From an uncultured delta proteobacterium (GTDB taxonomy: Bacteria > Desulfobacterota > Binatia > Binatales > Binataceae): a DNA stretch of 64,000 nt. This document shows positions 52,309 to 63,901 of the stretch, piece by piece (positions within the stretch are counted from its first letter, which is position 1; every line of letters starts with the position of its first letter). The stretch covers positions 1,225,419 to 1,289,418 of the forward strand of contig CAWBJH010000001.1 in the NCBI GenBank assembly GCA_963789115.1, read 5' to 3'. Both the position numbers and the translations under genes were made by a program. Below the pieces are notes generated by a model, which saw only the letters and a program-made list of their open reading frames with translations, had not been told where the DNA came from and made no database searches.

Positions 52309-52384
52309 CATCTTTAGTGGGAGAGGGCAAGCGTCACGGCGATTGCTTCTTTTTGCAATCGCCGTGACGCGCGGGTGAGGGTGC
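52309..52384. repeat. Solo copy of TIR type 1 composite hairpin element; its left hairpin arm lies at 50905-50921 on the other side of the IS481
   Basis: catctttagtgggagagggcaagcgtcacggcgattgcttctttttgcaatcgccgtgacgcgcgggtgagggtgc is ~95% identical to 10845-10930. Confidence 0.75.
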
Positions 52385-52431
52385 AGAAAACCACGGTGGC
52401 GCAAGGAGCCGAGCACCGCGACGATTTCCCG

Positions 52432-53340
52432 ATGGCCACCCCCAATCGACCGGGCGATGCGCCGCAATTCAGGGTCGGCACCGCGTCGTGGACCGATCCT
52501 ACGCTGGTAAAGTCCGACACCTTCTATCCGCCCTCGCTCAAAACCGCCGAACAGCGGCTCAGGTTCTACGCCGAGCAATTCGACACGGTCGAGGTCGATT
52601 CGAGCTATTACGCGCTGCCCTCCGAGAACAATTCGCGGCTGTGGGCGGAGCGCACGCCCGACAACTTCATCTTCAACCTCAAGGCGTTCGCGCTGCTGAC
52701 CCAGCATTCGGCGGACACGGCCCGCCTGCCGCTCGCGATCAAGGAGATTCTGACGCCGGCGCAGAAGGCCGAGCTGCGCCTCAAGGACCCGCCCGCCGAG
52801 GTGCTGGAGCTCTCGTTCCGGATGTTCGCCGGCGCGCTCGAGCCGCTGCGGGCAGCGGGCAAGCTCGGGATGTTGCTGTTCCAGTTCCCGCCCTATTTCG
52901 TCTGCCAGCCACGCAACCTGGACTATATCTCAAGTCTCAAGGAGCGCCTGGCGGGGGATTCGATCGCGGTCGAGTTCCGGCATCCGAGCTGGATTATCGA
53001 GGGCCGGCGCCGTATCGAAACCATGAACTTCCTTCGCCAACACGGCCTGACCTTCGTCTCGGTCGACGCGCCGGCGGGGACGATTCCTTCGTTTCTGGAA
53101 ACCACCGGGCCCGAGGCCTACGTGCGCTTCCACGGCCGCAACCGCGAGAACTGGTACCGGCGCGGCATCGAGGTCTCCGAGCGCTACAAGTATCTTTACT
53201 CGGAGCGAGAGCTGGCCGGATGGGCGGGGCGGCTCAAGCAGCTAAGCGGCGTCAAGCGGGCGTTCGTAATCTTCAACAACTGTTACCGCAACTTCGGAAT
53301 CATGAACGCAACCACGATGAAGCAGATGCTGGCGCATTAG
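52432..53340 (+). CDS. DUF72 family protein (YecE-like)
   Basis: Start taken at MATPNRPGDAPQFRVGTASWTDPTLVKSDTFYP... Conserved DUF72 N-terminal GTSGW-type motif and length. Confidence 0.75.
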   Translation: MATPNRPGDAPQFRVGTASWTDPTLVKSDTFYPPSLKTAEQRLRFYAEQFDTVEVDSSYYALPSENNSRLWAERTPDNFIFNLKAFALLTQHSADTARLPLAIKEILTPAQKAELRLKDPPAEVLELSFRMFAGALEPLRAAGKLGMLLFQFPPYFVCQPRNLDYISSLKERLAGDSIAVEFRHPSWIIEGRRRIETMNFLRQHGLTFVSVDAPAGTIPSFLETTGPEAYVRFHGRNRENWYRRGIEVSERYKYLYSERELAGWAGRLKQLSGVKRAFVIFNNCYRNFGIMNATTMKQMLAH

Positions 53341-53513
53341 ACCGGGATTCGCGTTGCTTACGCGGAAGGGTACGCCGCCTCTTTCATGTGCGCACCTGAT
53401 CCACAACTTTCGGTAATAGCTCAGAAAAAGAACCGGCACAGAGGCCGGCGCTGCGAAAGAAGAACAAAGAAGCCGCTCTCCCCCTTTGCCAATAGACGCC
53501 GAACGCAGATGAC

Positions 53514-53550
53514 TTGTTAAGCCAGCGCTTATGGGGCGTTGCTCCGGGCG
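53514..53550. repeat. REP-like hairpin copy (related to 11470-11504)
   Basis: ttgttaagccagcgcttatggggcgttgctccgggcg. An adjacent single-unit homologue of the 10.5-kb microsatellite region lies at 53437-53465. Confidence 0.6.
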
Positions 53551-53674
53551 GTTATCCTCGCGCGCCGTCAGCGCGCTCCGGCGGCGTCTGCGCCGCATCT
53601 AAAACTCTGCCGCGCACCCCCTCCTGACCCCTTGCTATGCTGTTCATGAGATGGCTTCTAGGGAGGGGAGTCCG

Positions 53675-54346
53675 ATGAAGGCCAGACTATACCAGTTCGT
53701 CACCAGCCCGTTTTGCGCCAAGGTGCGCAAGATCCTCGAGTACAAGGGCCTGGAGTTCGAAACGATCGAGGTCGATTACATTGAACGCAAGGAGCTGATC
53801 GTCGCCTCGGGGCAGATGATGGTGCCCGCGGTGACGCTGCCCGGCGGCGAGACAATCGTCGATTCCGGCCGGATCGCGGCGCGCCTGGAGGAGCTGTATC
53901 CCGAGCCCACAATCTTCCCGCCCACTTGGCGCGGGCAACATCTCGCCCTCGCCGGCTATATCGACAACCAGATCGAAGACGCCCTGTTCCGTGTCGCGAT
54001 TCCCGACTACCTCGAGCACTTCCGCCGCCTCGGTCCCGACCGGCTCGCTTTCTACCGCCTGATTAAAGAGCGCAAGTACGGGGTCGGCTTCTGCGATCGG
54101 ATGGTGCGCGAGCACGAGGCGAACTGGGAGGATGCCCGCAAGATTCTGGCCTCGTTCGAGGAGAGTGTCACCGACCGCGCCTTTATCCTGGGCAGGATCG
54201 GGCTGGCGGACTTTGCGCTCTACGGACAGCTCTACTACCTGGCCTTCACAGGGGAGCTGAAGATTCCGCCGGACTTTCCCGCCCTGCGCGCGTTCTTCGG
54301 ACGGATCGACCGGATTACCGCCGCAATCGAGCCGGGCGCACCCTAG
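53675..54346 (+). CDS. Glutathione S-transferase family protein (thioredoxin-like N-domain)
   Basis: MKARLYQFVTSPFCAKVRKILEYKGLEFETIEVD... carries a GST_N/glutaredoxin-2-like N-terminus. SD ggagg upstream. Confidence 0.7.
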   Translation: MKARLYQFVTSPFCAKVRKILEYKGLEFETIEVDYIERKELIVASGQMMVPAVTLPGGETIVDSGRIAARLEELYPEPTIFPPTWRGQHLALAGYIDNQIEDALFRVAIPDYLEHFRRLGPDRLAFYRLIKERKYGVGFCDRMVREHEANWEDARKILASFEESVTDRAFILGRIGLADFALYGQLYYLAFTGELKIPPDFPALRAFFGRIDRITAAIEPGAP

Positions 54347-54472
54347 CTACGTTTGACATTTTGGCGAAAAAACCCGGGATCGTCTGCCCTGGACCGCGAG
54401 GGCACCCAACTGGGAATCAAGCAATTCGATGCCCGAAGAGAGGGCGGGGAAAGCGAACGGCGACGGACGCGC

Positions 54473-54667
54473 TCAGGGCTGCTTCGAGTTGCGTTCGACG
54501 CACCAGCGATCGATCACCTCGGCGTTGAACCGCCAATCAGTGCCGATGCGGAAGCCGGGCAACTCGCCGCGCCGCAGAAGCTTGTAAATGGTGGAGGGAT
54601 GCACCCGCAGATACGCGGACAGTTCCTTCACCGTCATGACGCGAGGTAGGGTGTATTTCGATTCCAT
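54473..54667 (-). CDS. Excisionase/MerR-superfamily helix-turn-helix DNA-binding protein
   Basis: MESKYTLPRVMTVKELSAYLRVHPSTIYKLLRRGELPGFRIGTDWRFNAEVIDRW... is the classic excisionase-family HTH_17 pattern. Confidence 0.75.
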   Translation of the reverse strand: MESKYTLPRVMTVKELSAYLRVHPSTIYKLLRRGELPGFRIGTDWRFNAEVIDRWCVERNSKQP

Positions 54668-55053
54668 TGATTGTTGCGGTCCAGTCTCCCCTGGTTCCGG
54701 GCGACGCTTGACAGAGGAGTTGTTGGTTTTCCGCCTCACCTAAAGCCCGTTTACAGACTATAAGCCCCGTTGGCTGCCCTCAACACTCCCAAAAATGCAA
54801 AGACGCGTCAAGAGCCCCGTTATTCCCTTCTTGTTGTCCCAAAGGGACCGTCCCAGGCGGGAGCGAGAATCACCTGTTACCTACTGCGGTCGTAGAAAGA
54901 ATCAAGGCAAGCGCCCCCTCTTTTCGCTGAAGCGAGGGGCCATGTTACAGGAGGGCTACAGGAGAACGATCATGGGCAGGAACGTAGCGCCGAGCGTGGC
55001 GTGGATATCGACGCGCACCAACCTCGCCATAGTCTGGTTGACGTTGGCCGTGA

Positions 55054-55548
55054 TTGGCCCATCGGCTGCGACCCGCGCGGGCACAATCCTCGCTCATCGT
55101 CGAAAGCGCGGCGTTCGCTCAGGGAGCCGCGATTGCGCGTGTCCATACCTGCGAGGGCGCCGACACGTCGCCGCCGTTATCGTGGAAGGGCGTGCCGGCG
55201 AGTGCGAAAACGATCGCCCTGATTGTCGATGACCCCGATGCGCCGCGCGGGACGTGGGTACACTGGGTCATCTTCGATCTGCCCGCCAACATCACGCGAC
55301 TTGATGAAGGCGTGGCAAAGACCGCGACGCCGGCCAACGGCGCGCATCAGGGTGTGAACGATTTCGGCCGCCTTGGATACAACGGGCCGTGTCCGCCGCC
55401 GGGCTCGCCGCATCATTATCACTTTCGGCTGTTTGCCCTCGATAGCGCGCTCAGCTTGCCCTCTACCGCGACCGCCGCCGACCTTCGCACCGCCTCCAAA
55501 GGCCACGTCCTCGCAACCGGCGAGCTGATCGGCACCTTTGGCCGTTGA
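55054..55548 (+). CDS. YbhB/YbcL-family phosphatidylethanolamine-binding (PEBP/RKIP-like) protein
   Basis: ...AAFAQGAAIARVHTCEGADTSPPLSWKGVPASAKTIALIVDDPDAPRGTWVHWVIFDLPA...GYNGPCPPPGSPHHYHFRLFALD. The start and a possible signal peptide are uncertain. Confidence 0.8.
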   Translation: MAHRLRPARAQSSLIVESAAFAQGAAIARVHTCEGADTSPPLSWKGVPASAKTIALIVDDPDAPRGTWVHWVIFDLPANITRLDEGVAKTATPANGAHQGVNDFGRLGYNGPCPPPGSPHHYHFRLFALDSALSLPSTATAADLRTASKGHVLATGELIGTFGR

Positions 55549-55652
55549 TGGCCGCGCGCACGATACGGGACTTTCTAATCGAGGACCACGCCCGGTCGCT
55601 GAGCGTTGACTTGCAGACCCCGCAAAATGTAGCTTCCTTCGGGAAAAATGAC

Positions 55653-56162
55653 ATGCAGCGGTTTCGGACTATAAAGCTGACCTGGATAGCGGCGGTGGCC
55701 GTCATTGGCTTCGCCCAAATCGCGCTCGCGCAGGCTCCGCTTGCGCAGGCTCCTGCCGGGACGAGCTCCGCCGGGCAGACGCAACCGGGCAACGTCAACC
55801 TATACGCCCGGAAGATTGCCGGCGGCGCAGCCGACGTCAGCATCAGGAGCGCCGCGGCGCGCAACGATCCGAAGCGCCCGTCGCTCGGTCCTCCACCAAA
55901 GGTCGACTACGGAAAGCCGGCCCGCAAGGCGGACCAAGTCTGCCTGATTCACGTAGACAATCGCACCACCTGGGCTACCGATCTCTATTTCAACGGCGAC
56001 TACGGGGCGACCGTGTCAGGATGGGGCGACAGCTACGTACCCGCATCCGAGCCCGCTACGTTTTACGCAAAGGCTGAGATGACCGACGGCAGCGCACTCA
56101 CCTGGGGACCGATAAGGGCGCAATGCAACGGCTTCGAGTACATGGTGCATCTATGGCCGTAG
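55653..56162 (+). CDS. Hypothetical secreted protein
   Basis: Start taken at MQRFRTIKLTWIAAVAVIGFAQIALAQA, which is signal-peptide-like. No recognised domain. Confidence 0.5.
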   Translation: MQRFRTIKLTWIAAVAVIGFAQIALAQAPLAQAPAGTSSAGQTQPGNVNLYARKIAGGAADVSIRSAAARNDPKRPSLGPPPKVDYGKPARKADQVCLIHVDNRTTWATDLYFNGDYGATVSGWGDSYVPASEPATFYAKAEMTDGSALTWGPIRAQCNGFEYMVHLWP

Positions 56163-56217
56163 CGGCTCCGCCATCAGCACCGGCGTGGGCGCAGCCAACC
56201 CGTCTCGTTTGAGATTG

Positions 56218-56808
56218 CTACTTCATCGGAGTGGAGGGCGGCACACCGCCACCGCCACCGCCACCACCGGGCGCGAGATAGAGACCGCCCAGCACGCCCA
56301 GAGGAACGATTCCGAGTCCGGCCGCAGCCAGCGTCCAGAGCGGAAATCCACCGCAAGTGGCGGTCGCCATCGAAGTCACACCGGGCGTCGAAGTCGCAGC
56401 CGCGGGGGCTTGCGGACAAGTGGACCAATCGACCGTCAGACCCTCGGCGCCGAGGCTTTCCGGCGCAGCCCCAGGGATGTATCCGCTGGCCGGGGGAGGC
56501 GTAAGATTCAGCGTGTATCCGCCCGGCTTCAGTCCGCTGATGCAGTATCGGCCGTAGATGTCCGACCGCCCCTGGCCGACCTGTTGCCCCGTCGAGTCGA
56601 CGGCGCCCACGTTGGCACCATTGAGCGGGTCGCCGTTGGCGCCGAACACAAGGCCTACGATCTCTGCGCAATTCGCGGGCGCCGCGATGAGCAGGCTTAG
56701 CACGAGCGCGGGGACGAGACTGCGCTTCCTGCGCGCAGACCAGGACCCTGGAAGGAGCTTCCGAATAATGGAGCACACGGCTTTATCCACGAGCAGTTGC
56801 CTAAGCAT
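56218..56808 (-). CDS. Carboxypeptidase-regulatory-like (CarbopepD_reg/PEGA-like beta-sandwich) domain protein with C-terminal hydrophobic anchor and Gly9 tract
   Basis: Signal peptide, then ...IVGLVFGANGDPLNGANVGAVDSTGQQVGQGRSDIYGRYCISGLKPGGYTLNLTPP..., then a C-terminal TM-like segment followed by GGGGGGGGG. Confidence 0.55.
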   Translation of the reverse strand: MLRQLLVDKAVCSIIRKLLPGSWSARRKRSLVPALVLSLLIAAPANCAEIVGLVFGANGDPLNGANVGAVDSTGQQVGQGRSDIYGRYCISGLKPGGYTLNLTPPPASGYIPGAAPESLGAEGLTVDWSTCPQAPAAATSTPGVTSMATATCGGFPLWTLAAAGLGIVPLGVLGGLYLAPGGGGGGGGVPPSTPMK

Positions 56809-56860
56809 CTATAAGTACTATTGGCCCAGTGTCAGCGCTAAGGCAATGAGGTCCTGAGTT

Positions 56861-57441
56861 ATGGGGACAGTGCTCGAAGCGCAGTTCGTATCTTCCGCGC
56901 TCAAGCCCGCCGACTGTCCGCGATGGGTCCGTAGCGAGGTTGCGATCGCGGGGCGCTCGAACGTCGGAAAGACTCGCTGATCAACGCGCTGACCGGCGCG
57001 AAGCATCTCGCCCGCACCAGCAAGACCCCCGGTCGTACTCGCGCGCTCAATTTCTTCGCGGTCGGCGACAACCTGGCGCTGGTCGACCTGCCGGGCTACG
57101 GCTACGCGAAGATGTCGCATGCCGAAGCGCAACGCCTCGGCGCCGCGATGCGCGAGTATCTCGAAACGCGGCGCAACCTGGTCGCGCTCGTGATGCTGAT
57201 AGACGCGCGGCGCGGTTGTGAAGACGAGGAGGTGGAACTGGCAGCGATCGCACGGCGGCGCGGGCTCGAGCTGATCGTGGCGGCAACCAAGAGCGACAAG
57301 CTCCGCCGCTCGCAACGCGCGTCGGCCGCCCGTAAATTCGACGGACTGGGCGTCGAGCCGTTATGGTGCTCGGCGGTCGACGGCGAGGGCATCGACGCGC
57401 TCCGCCGCCGCATCCTGCATTGCGCGCACGGCGGGCATTGA
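56861..57441 (+). CDS. engB: Ribosome-biogenesis GTPase EngB/YsxC/YihA, disrupted by an apparent 1-nt deletion in the P-loop codon region (~56971)
   Basis: The frame from ATG 56861 reads MGTVLEAQFVSSALKPADCPRWVRSEVAIAGRSNVGKTR*. Shifting one nt continues SLINALTGAKHLARTSKTPGRTRALNFFAVGDNLALVDLPGYGYAKMSHAEAQ... into track ORF 57112-57441. Confidence 0.8.
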
Positions 57442-57881
57442 GCCGCCCTATCCGACCCGGCGCTGAAAGGCCCGGCATGACTGTCGATGCGAGCGCCTGA
57501 GCGCCGCCGCCGAGCGGCTCGACGCCAGGATGCCCCGGCTTTCGCTCCCGAGCGGCGTACGCCTGCTCTTGCCCAAGGATCCGGCCTCTGATGAACTCCG
57601 AAGCGAATTGCGGGCCGGGAGCGGTGCCGAGGTGATGCGGCAGATCGAGGCGCTTGCAGCGATCGGCTGATGAGCTGGTGCACATCACCCGCTTGCTTGG
57701 CGGTGAACGTGAGCTTCGAGCTCGACAAAATAATTGTCGAAGATGTCGGCAGTGTCCCCGGCACGCCCGCCGAGTCTCGGCCGGCGGCTCGCCGCCGGGC
57801 GCTGAGGACCAGCCGAAGCCGATGACAAGCAAGCCCCGGCGCGGGAAGGCGTCGCTCAAGGCCCCATCGAGGGACGGCCGC

Positions 57882-58700
57882 ATGCGCGGGACCTTCACCA
57901 CCGCGGTGGCCGAGCGCGCGATCGGCGTCTTCGACTCGGGGATCGGCGGCCTGACCGTGCTCAAGGCGCTGGCCGCGATGCTTCCCCACGAGGATTTCAT
58001 CTACCTCGGCGACACGGCGCGCACGCCCTACGGCACCAAGTCCGCCGACGTGATTCGCCGTTACACGCGCGAGAACACCGAGTTCATACTGGCCAAGGGA
58101 ATCAAGATGCTGGTGATCGCGTGCAATACCGCGAGCGCAGTGGCGCTCGAGGAGATCGCGCGCGACACGAGCGTGCCGGTGATCGGCGTGATCGAGCCGG
58201 GAGCGCGCGGTGCGGTAAGGGTCTCGCGTTCAGGCAAGATCGGAGTGATCGGCACCGAAGCCACGATTGCCTCGGGCGCCTACACGGCCATAATCCGCCG
58301 GCTCCGCCCCGGCGCCGAGATTTACACCCGCGCCTGCCCCATACTGGTGCCGCTGGTCGAGGAGGGATGGGTTGACAGCGACATCGCGGAGCGGATCGTC
58401 ACCTACTACCTGGAAAGCCTCAAGGTCAGCGGTATCGACACGCTGCTGCTCGGATGCACTCATTACCCGATGCTTCAGGACCTGATCCAGCGCGTAGTCG
58501 GCAGCGGCGTGCGAATCGTGGATTCGGCGAGCGCGACCGCGGCCGCGGTCCGCGAGCGGCTGACGGCCTTCAAGCTGAGGCGCACTGACGGCCGCGGCCG
58601 GCAGAGTTTCTTCGTCACCGAGGCGCCCGAGCGTTTCGTGCGCGTGGGGCGCCGGTTTTTGGGCCCACAGGTCGAATCGGCATTGCGGATCGAACGCTGA
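57882..58700 (+). CDS. murI: Glutamate racemase
   Basis: ...IGVFDSGIGGLTVLKAL...DTARTPYGTKS...IACNTASA...LGCTHYP... The start is ambiguous (57822 or 57882). The track ORF is over-extended. Confidence 0.88.
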   Translation: MRGTFTTAVAERAIGVFDSGIGGLTVLKALAAMLPHEDFIYLGDTARTPYGTKSADVIRRYTRENTEFILAKGIKMLVIACNTASAVALEEIARDTSVPVIGVIEPGARGAVRVSRSGKIGVIGTEATIASGAYTAIIRRLRPGAEIYTRACPILVPLVEEGWVDSDIAERIVTYYLESLKVSGIDTLLLGCTHYPMLQDLIQRVVGSGVRIVDSASATAAAVRERLTAFKLRRTDGRGRQSFFVTEAPERFVRVGRRFLGPQVESALRIER

Positions 58701-58778
58701 AAAAGACTTCGGAGTAGGATAAACTTATTTGTTTGGGGAGCCTGGCAGAGATTCAGGCTCCCGGACAATTCGTCGGAT

Positions 58779-61447
<2,669 letters not shown>

Positions 61448-61469
61448 ACCGCGCATCGGCTTCGCCGCC

Positions 61470-61577
61470 TAGTGCCGTTCCAACTTGCTGGTCCTAACGC
61501 CGGCAGCAGCGACGAGGAGCGCAAGGTGGAGAACGTGTTGCATAGTTTCAGGTCGAAAAAATTGGAACGGCACTAGT
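61470..61577. repeat. Long-range perfect 15-bp inverted repeat (ctagtgccgttccaa / ttggaacggcactag) with a 78-nt spacer
   Basis: Arms are at 61470-61484 and 61563-61577, immediately downstream of secA and upstream of the GT4 gene. Confidence 0.6.
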
Positions 61578-61594
61578 CGGCACATCCATTCGCG

Positions 61595-62764
61595 ATGCGC
61601 ATCCTGCTGGTCTGCCGCGACTTTCGCTCGATGGGCGGCGTCGAGGAAATCGTCGATAACGTCGGCGCGGAATTCGCCGCGGCCGGGCATACCGTGGCGG
61701 TGCTCTCGAAGCCCAAAGTGCCTGAGTACATGGCGGGCCACGAGCGCGCGCTGCGCGCCGGTCTCGAGTGCGTTGACGTGCGAGTCCCCGAGCGCAAGCC
61801 CGCAACCTGGCGGCATCCGGAGCGGCTCATCCGCGGTTCTCGCGGCACACGCGAGCTGGTGACCTGGCTCAGGAATTGGCGGCCCGATATCGTCAACTGC
61901 CACATCACCGGCTGGGAACACGCGGTCACCGTGACCGATGCCTCGCGCGCCGCCTGCGTCCCCATCGTGTACAGTCTCGGCGGCCTCGTCGATGCCGAGC
62001 GCCTGAGCCCGCGGCAGCTTCGCCTATTCAAAAGTGCTCCCGCGATCGTAGCGATCTCACAGGCAGGCAAACGGCTTTTCGATCCGTTCCCTGACATCGC
62101 GGCCAAGGTTCGCGTGATTACGTGCGGCGTGGACGACATGGCCGCCGACGCGGCCACACCGGCGCGCCGCGAGCGCTCATACATTTTCTGCACCTCGCGG
62201 CTCGACCTGCAGCACAAAGCGATCGACGCGCTCATCCGGGCATTCGCGATGCTCGGGCCGCGCTATTCGGAACTGGACTTGCTGATCGGCGGCGAGGGGC
62301 CGGACCGCGGACAGATCGAGCTGCAGATCGCCTCGGCCGAACTCGGCGGTCGCGTGCAGCTTGTGGGCTTCAAATCGCGTGATGAATTGTGGGGTCTCTA
62401 CAAAGGGGCGCTGGTGTTCGCGATGCCCAGCAAGCGCGCCGAGGGGCTGGGGCTGGTGTTCCTGGAAGCGATGGCGTGCGGGACGCCTGTCATCGGGACC
62501 CGCAGCGGCGGAGCGCCCGAGATTATCATCGAAGGCGAGACAGGTCTGCTGGTCGATCGCAATGAACCCGAGGAGCTGGCCGCGACGATCCGCAAGCTGC
62601 TCGACGATCCCGAGATGCGGGCGCGGATGGGAAGGCAGGGCCGGCAGTTCGCGGTGCAACATAGCTGGCGCCGCGCCGCCCAGCGCTACCTGGACCTCTA
62701 TGCCTCGTGCATCGGCGGCGGCGCGGCGCGTGGAGCCGAGGCCCGCATCCCCGGGGCGCGCTGA
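61595..62764 (+). CDS. Glycosyltransferase family 4 (GT-B, RfaG-like), paralogue 1
   Basis: MRILLVCRDFRSMGGVEEIV... carries the C-terminal EX7E-type motif region (...FAMPSKRAEGLGLVFLEAMACGTPVIGTRSGGAPEII...). Confidence 0.85.
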   Translation: MRILLVCRDFRSMGGVEEIVDNVGAEFAAAGHTVAVLSKPKVPEYMAGHERALRAGLECVDVRVPERKPATWRHPERLIRGSRGTRELVTWLRNWRPDIVNCHITGWEHAVTVTDASRAACVPIVYSLGGLVDAERLSPRQLRLFKSAPAIVAISQAGKRLFDPFPDIAAKVRVITCGVDDMAADAATPARRERSYIFCTSRLDLQHKAIDALIRAFAMLGPRYSELDLLIGGEGPDRGQIELQIASAELGGRVQLVGFKSRDELWGLYKGALVFAMPSKRAEGLGLVFLEAMACGTPVIGTRSGGAPEIIIEGETGLLVDRNEPEELAATIRKLLDDPEMRARMGRQGRQFAVQHSWRRAAQRYLDLYASCIGGGAARGAEARIPGAR

Positions 62765-62772
62765 GCTGCGCG

Positions 62773-63897
62773 ATGCGAATTGCGCTGATTTGCGCGGCGT
62801 TCCGCTCGCTCGGAGGCCCGCAGGAAATCGTCGACAACCTCGCGATGCAATTCGGCGCTGCCGGCCACGCCGTCAGGGTCATCTCCAACCGCGATCCGGC
62901 CGGCCCCGAGCGCACCCCGCGCGACCAGTACGAGCTGGTTTTTCTGAGGATTCCCGAACGCAAGCCCGCGTCGTGGAAACATCTCGAACGCCTGCTGCGC
63001 CATCCGCGCGGCACCAGGGAGCTTAAGGATTTTCTGGGGGAATGGCGGCCCGACATCGTGGATTATCACGTCACCTCATGGGACCACATCCCCGCGGTCA
63101 CGCACGCTTGCCACACTGCGGGTGTGCCCGTAATCCACAGCTTCCACGGCATCTTCGCCCGCCGGCAGATGGGCGATCGCGCGCTGGCGGCGCTGGCCCT
63201 CGCCAACGGAGTCGTGACGGTGTCGGCCTTCACCAGGCGGCATCTGGCGGCCCTCTCGACGGCGGCTTCGAACGCCGACGTGATCATATGCGGGGTCGAT
63301 ACCGAGGCGGCCCGAATCGCGGTGCCGATCAGGCGAGAACGGCCTTACATCTTCTGCGCGGGGCGCCTGAGCCTGGCGCACAAGGCGATCGACGTGCTGC
63401 TCGGCGCATTCGCGATGGTCGCGAAGCGACATCCCGAGCTCGACCTTTTGATCGCCGGCGACGGCCCCGATCGCGCACAGCTCGAACGACAGGCCGATGC
63501 GGCGGGACTCTCCGCTTCCGTGCGGATACTCGGCACGATCGCGCACGACGAGCTGTTCGGCTTTTACAAGGGCGCCGTGCTGTTCGCGATGCCGAGCCGG
63601 GTGCCGGAGGGGATTCCGCTGGTCTTTCTCGAGGCGATGGCCTCGGGTGCGGCGGTGGTGGGCACGCGAGACGGAGGGACCCCGGAGATCGTAATCGACG
63701 GAGAGACCGGGGTGTTGATCGATCGCAACGAGCCGGCGGAACTCGCCGCCGCGATCCTGCGGTTGCTCGATAACCCGGAGCTGAGAGCGCGGATGGGTCG
63801 GCGCGCAATGGAACTGGCCGCTCTATATGGATGGCCGCGCGTCGCCCAGCGCTACCTCGAAGTCTATGCATCGCGGGCGCGATCGAAGCTGGCGTAG
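62773..63897 (+). CDS. Glycosyltransferase family 4, paralogue 2
   Basis: MRIALICAAFRSLGGPQEIV... is colinear with paralogue 1 along the whole length. Confidence 0.85.
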   Translation: MRIALICAAFRSLGGPQEIVDNLAMQFGAAGHAVRVISNRDPAGPERTPRDQYELVFLRIPERKPASWKHLERLLRHPRGTRELKDFLGEWRPDIVDYHVTSWDHIPAVTHACHTAGVPVIHSFHGIFARRQMGDRALAALALANGVVTVSAFTRRHLAALSTAASNADVIICGVDTEAARIAVPIRRERPYIFCAGRLSLAHKAIDVLLGAFAMVAKRHPELDLLIAGDGPDRAQLERQADAAGLSASVRILGTIAHDELFGFYKGAVLFAMPSRVPEGIPLVFLEAMASGAAVVGTRDGGTPEIVIDGETGVLIDRNEPAELAAAILRLLDNPELRARMGRRAMELAALYGWPRVAQRYLEVYASRARSKLA

Positions 63898-63901
63898 CGC
63901 G

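Noticed and set aside
54795-55232. Alternative-frame ORF upstream of the PEBP gene that could supply a signal peptide via a frameshift
   Set aside because: The alternative frame (MGRNVAPSVAWISTRTNLAIVWLTLAVIG...) is only weakly signal-peptide-like. Cytoplasmic YbhB-type PEBPs without signal peptides are common, so there is insufficient evidence for a fifth frameshift.
57464-57669. 68-codon open frame after engB (...ERLDARMPRLSLPSGVRLLLPKDPASDELRSELRAGSGAEVMRQIEALAAIG)
   Set aside because: It has no ATG near the start of the frame, no recognisable homology and no RBS. An open frame of this length is expected by chance at 68% GC, and it is not the EngB C-terminus.
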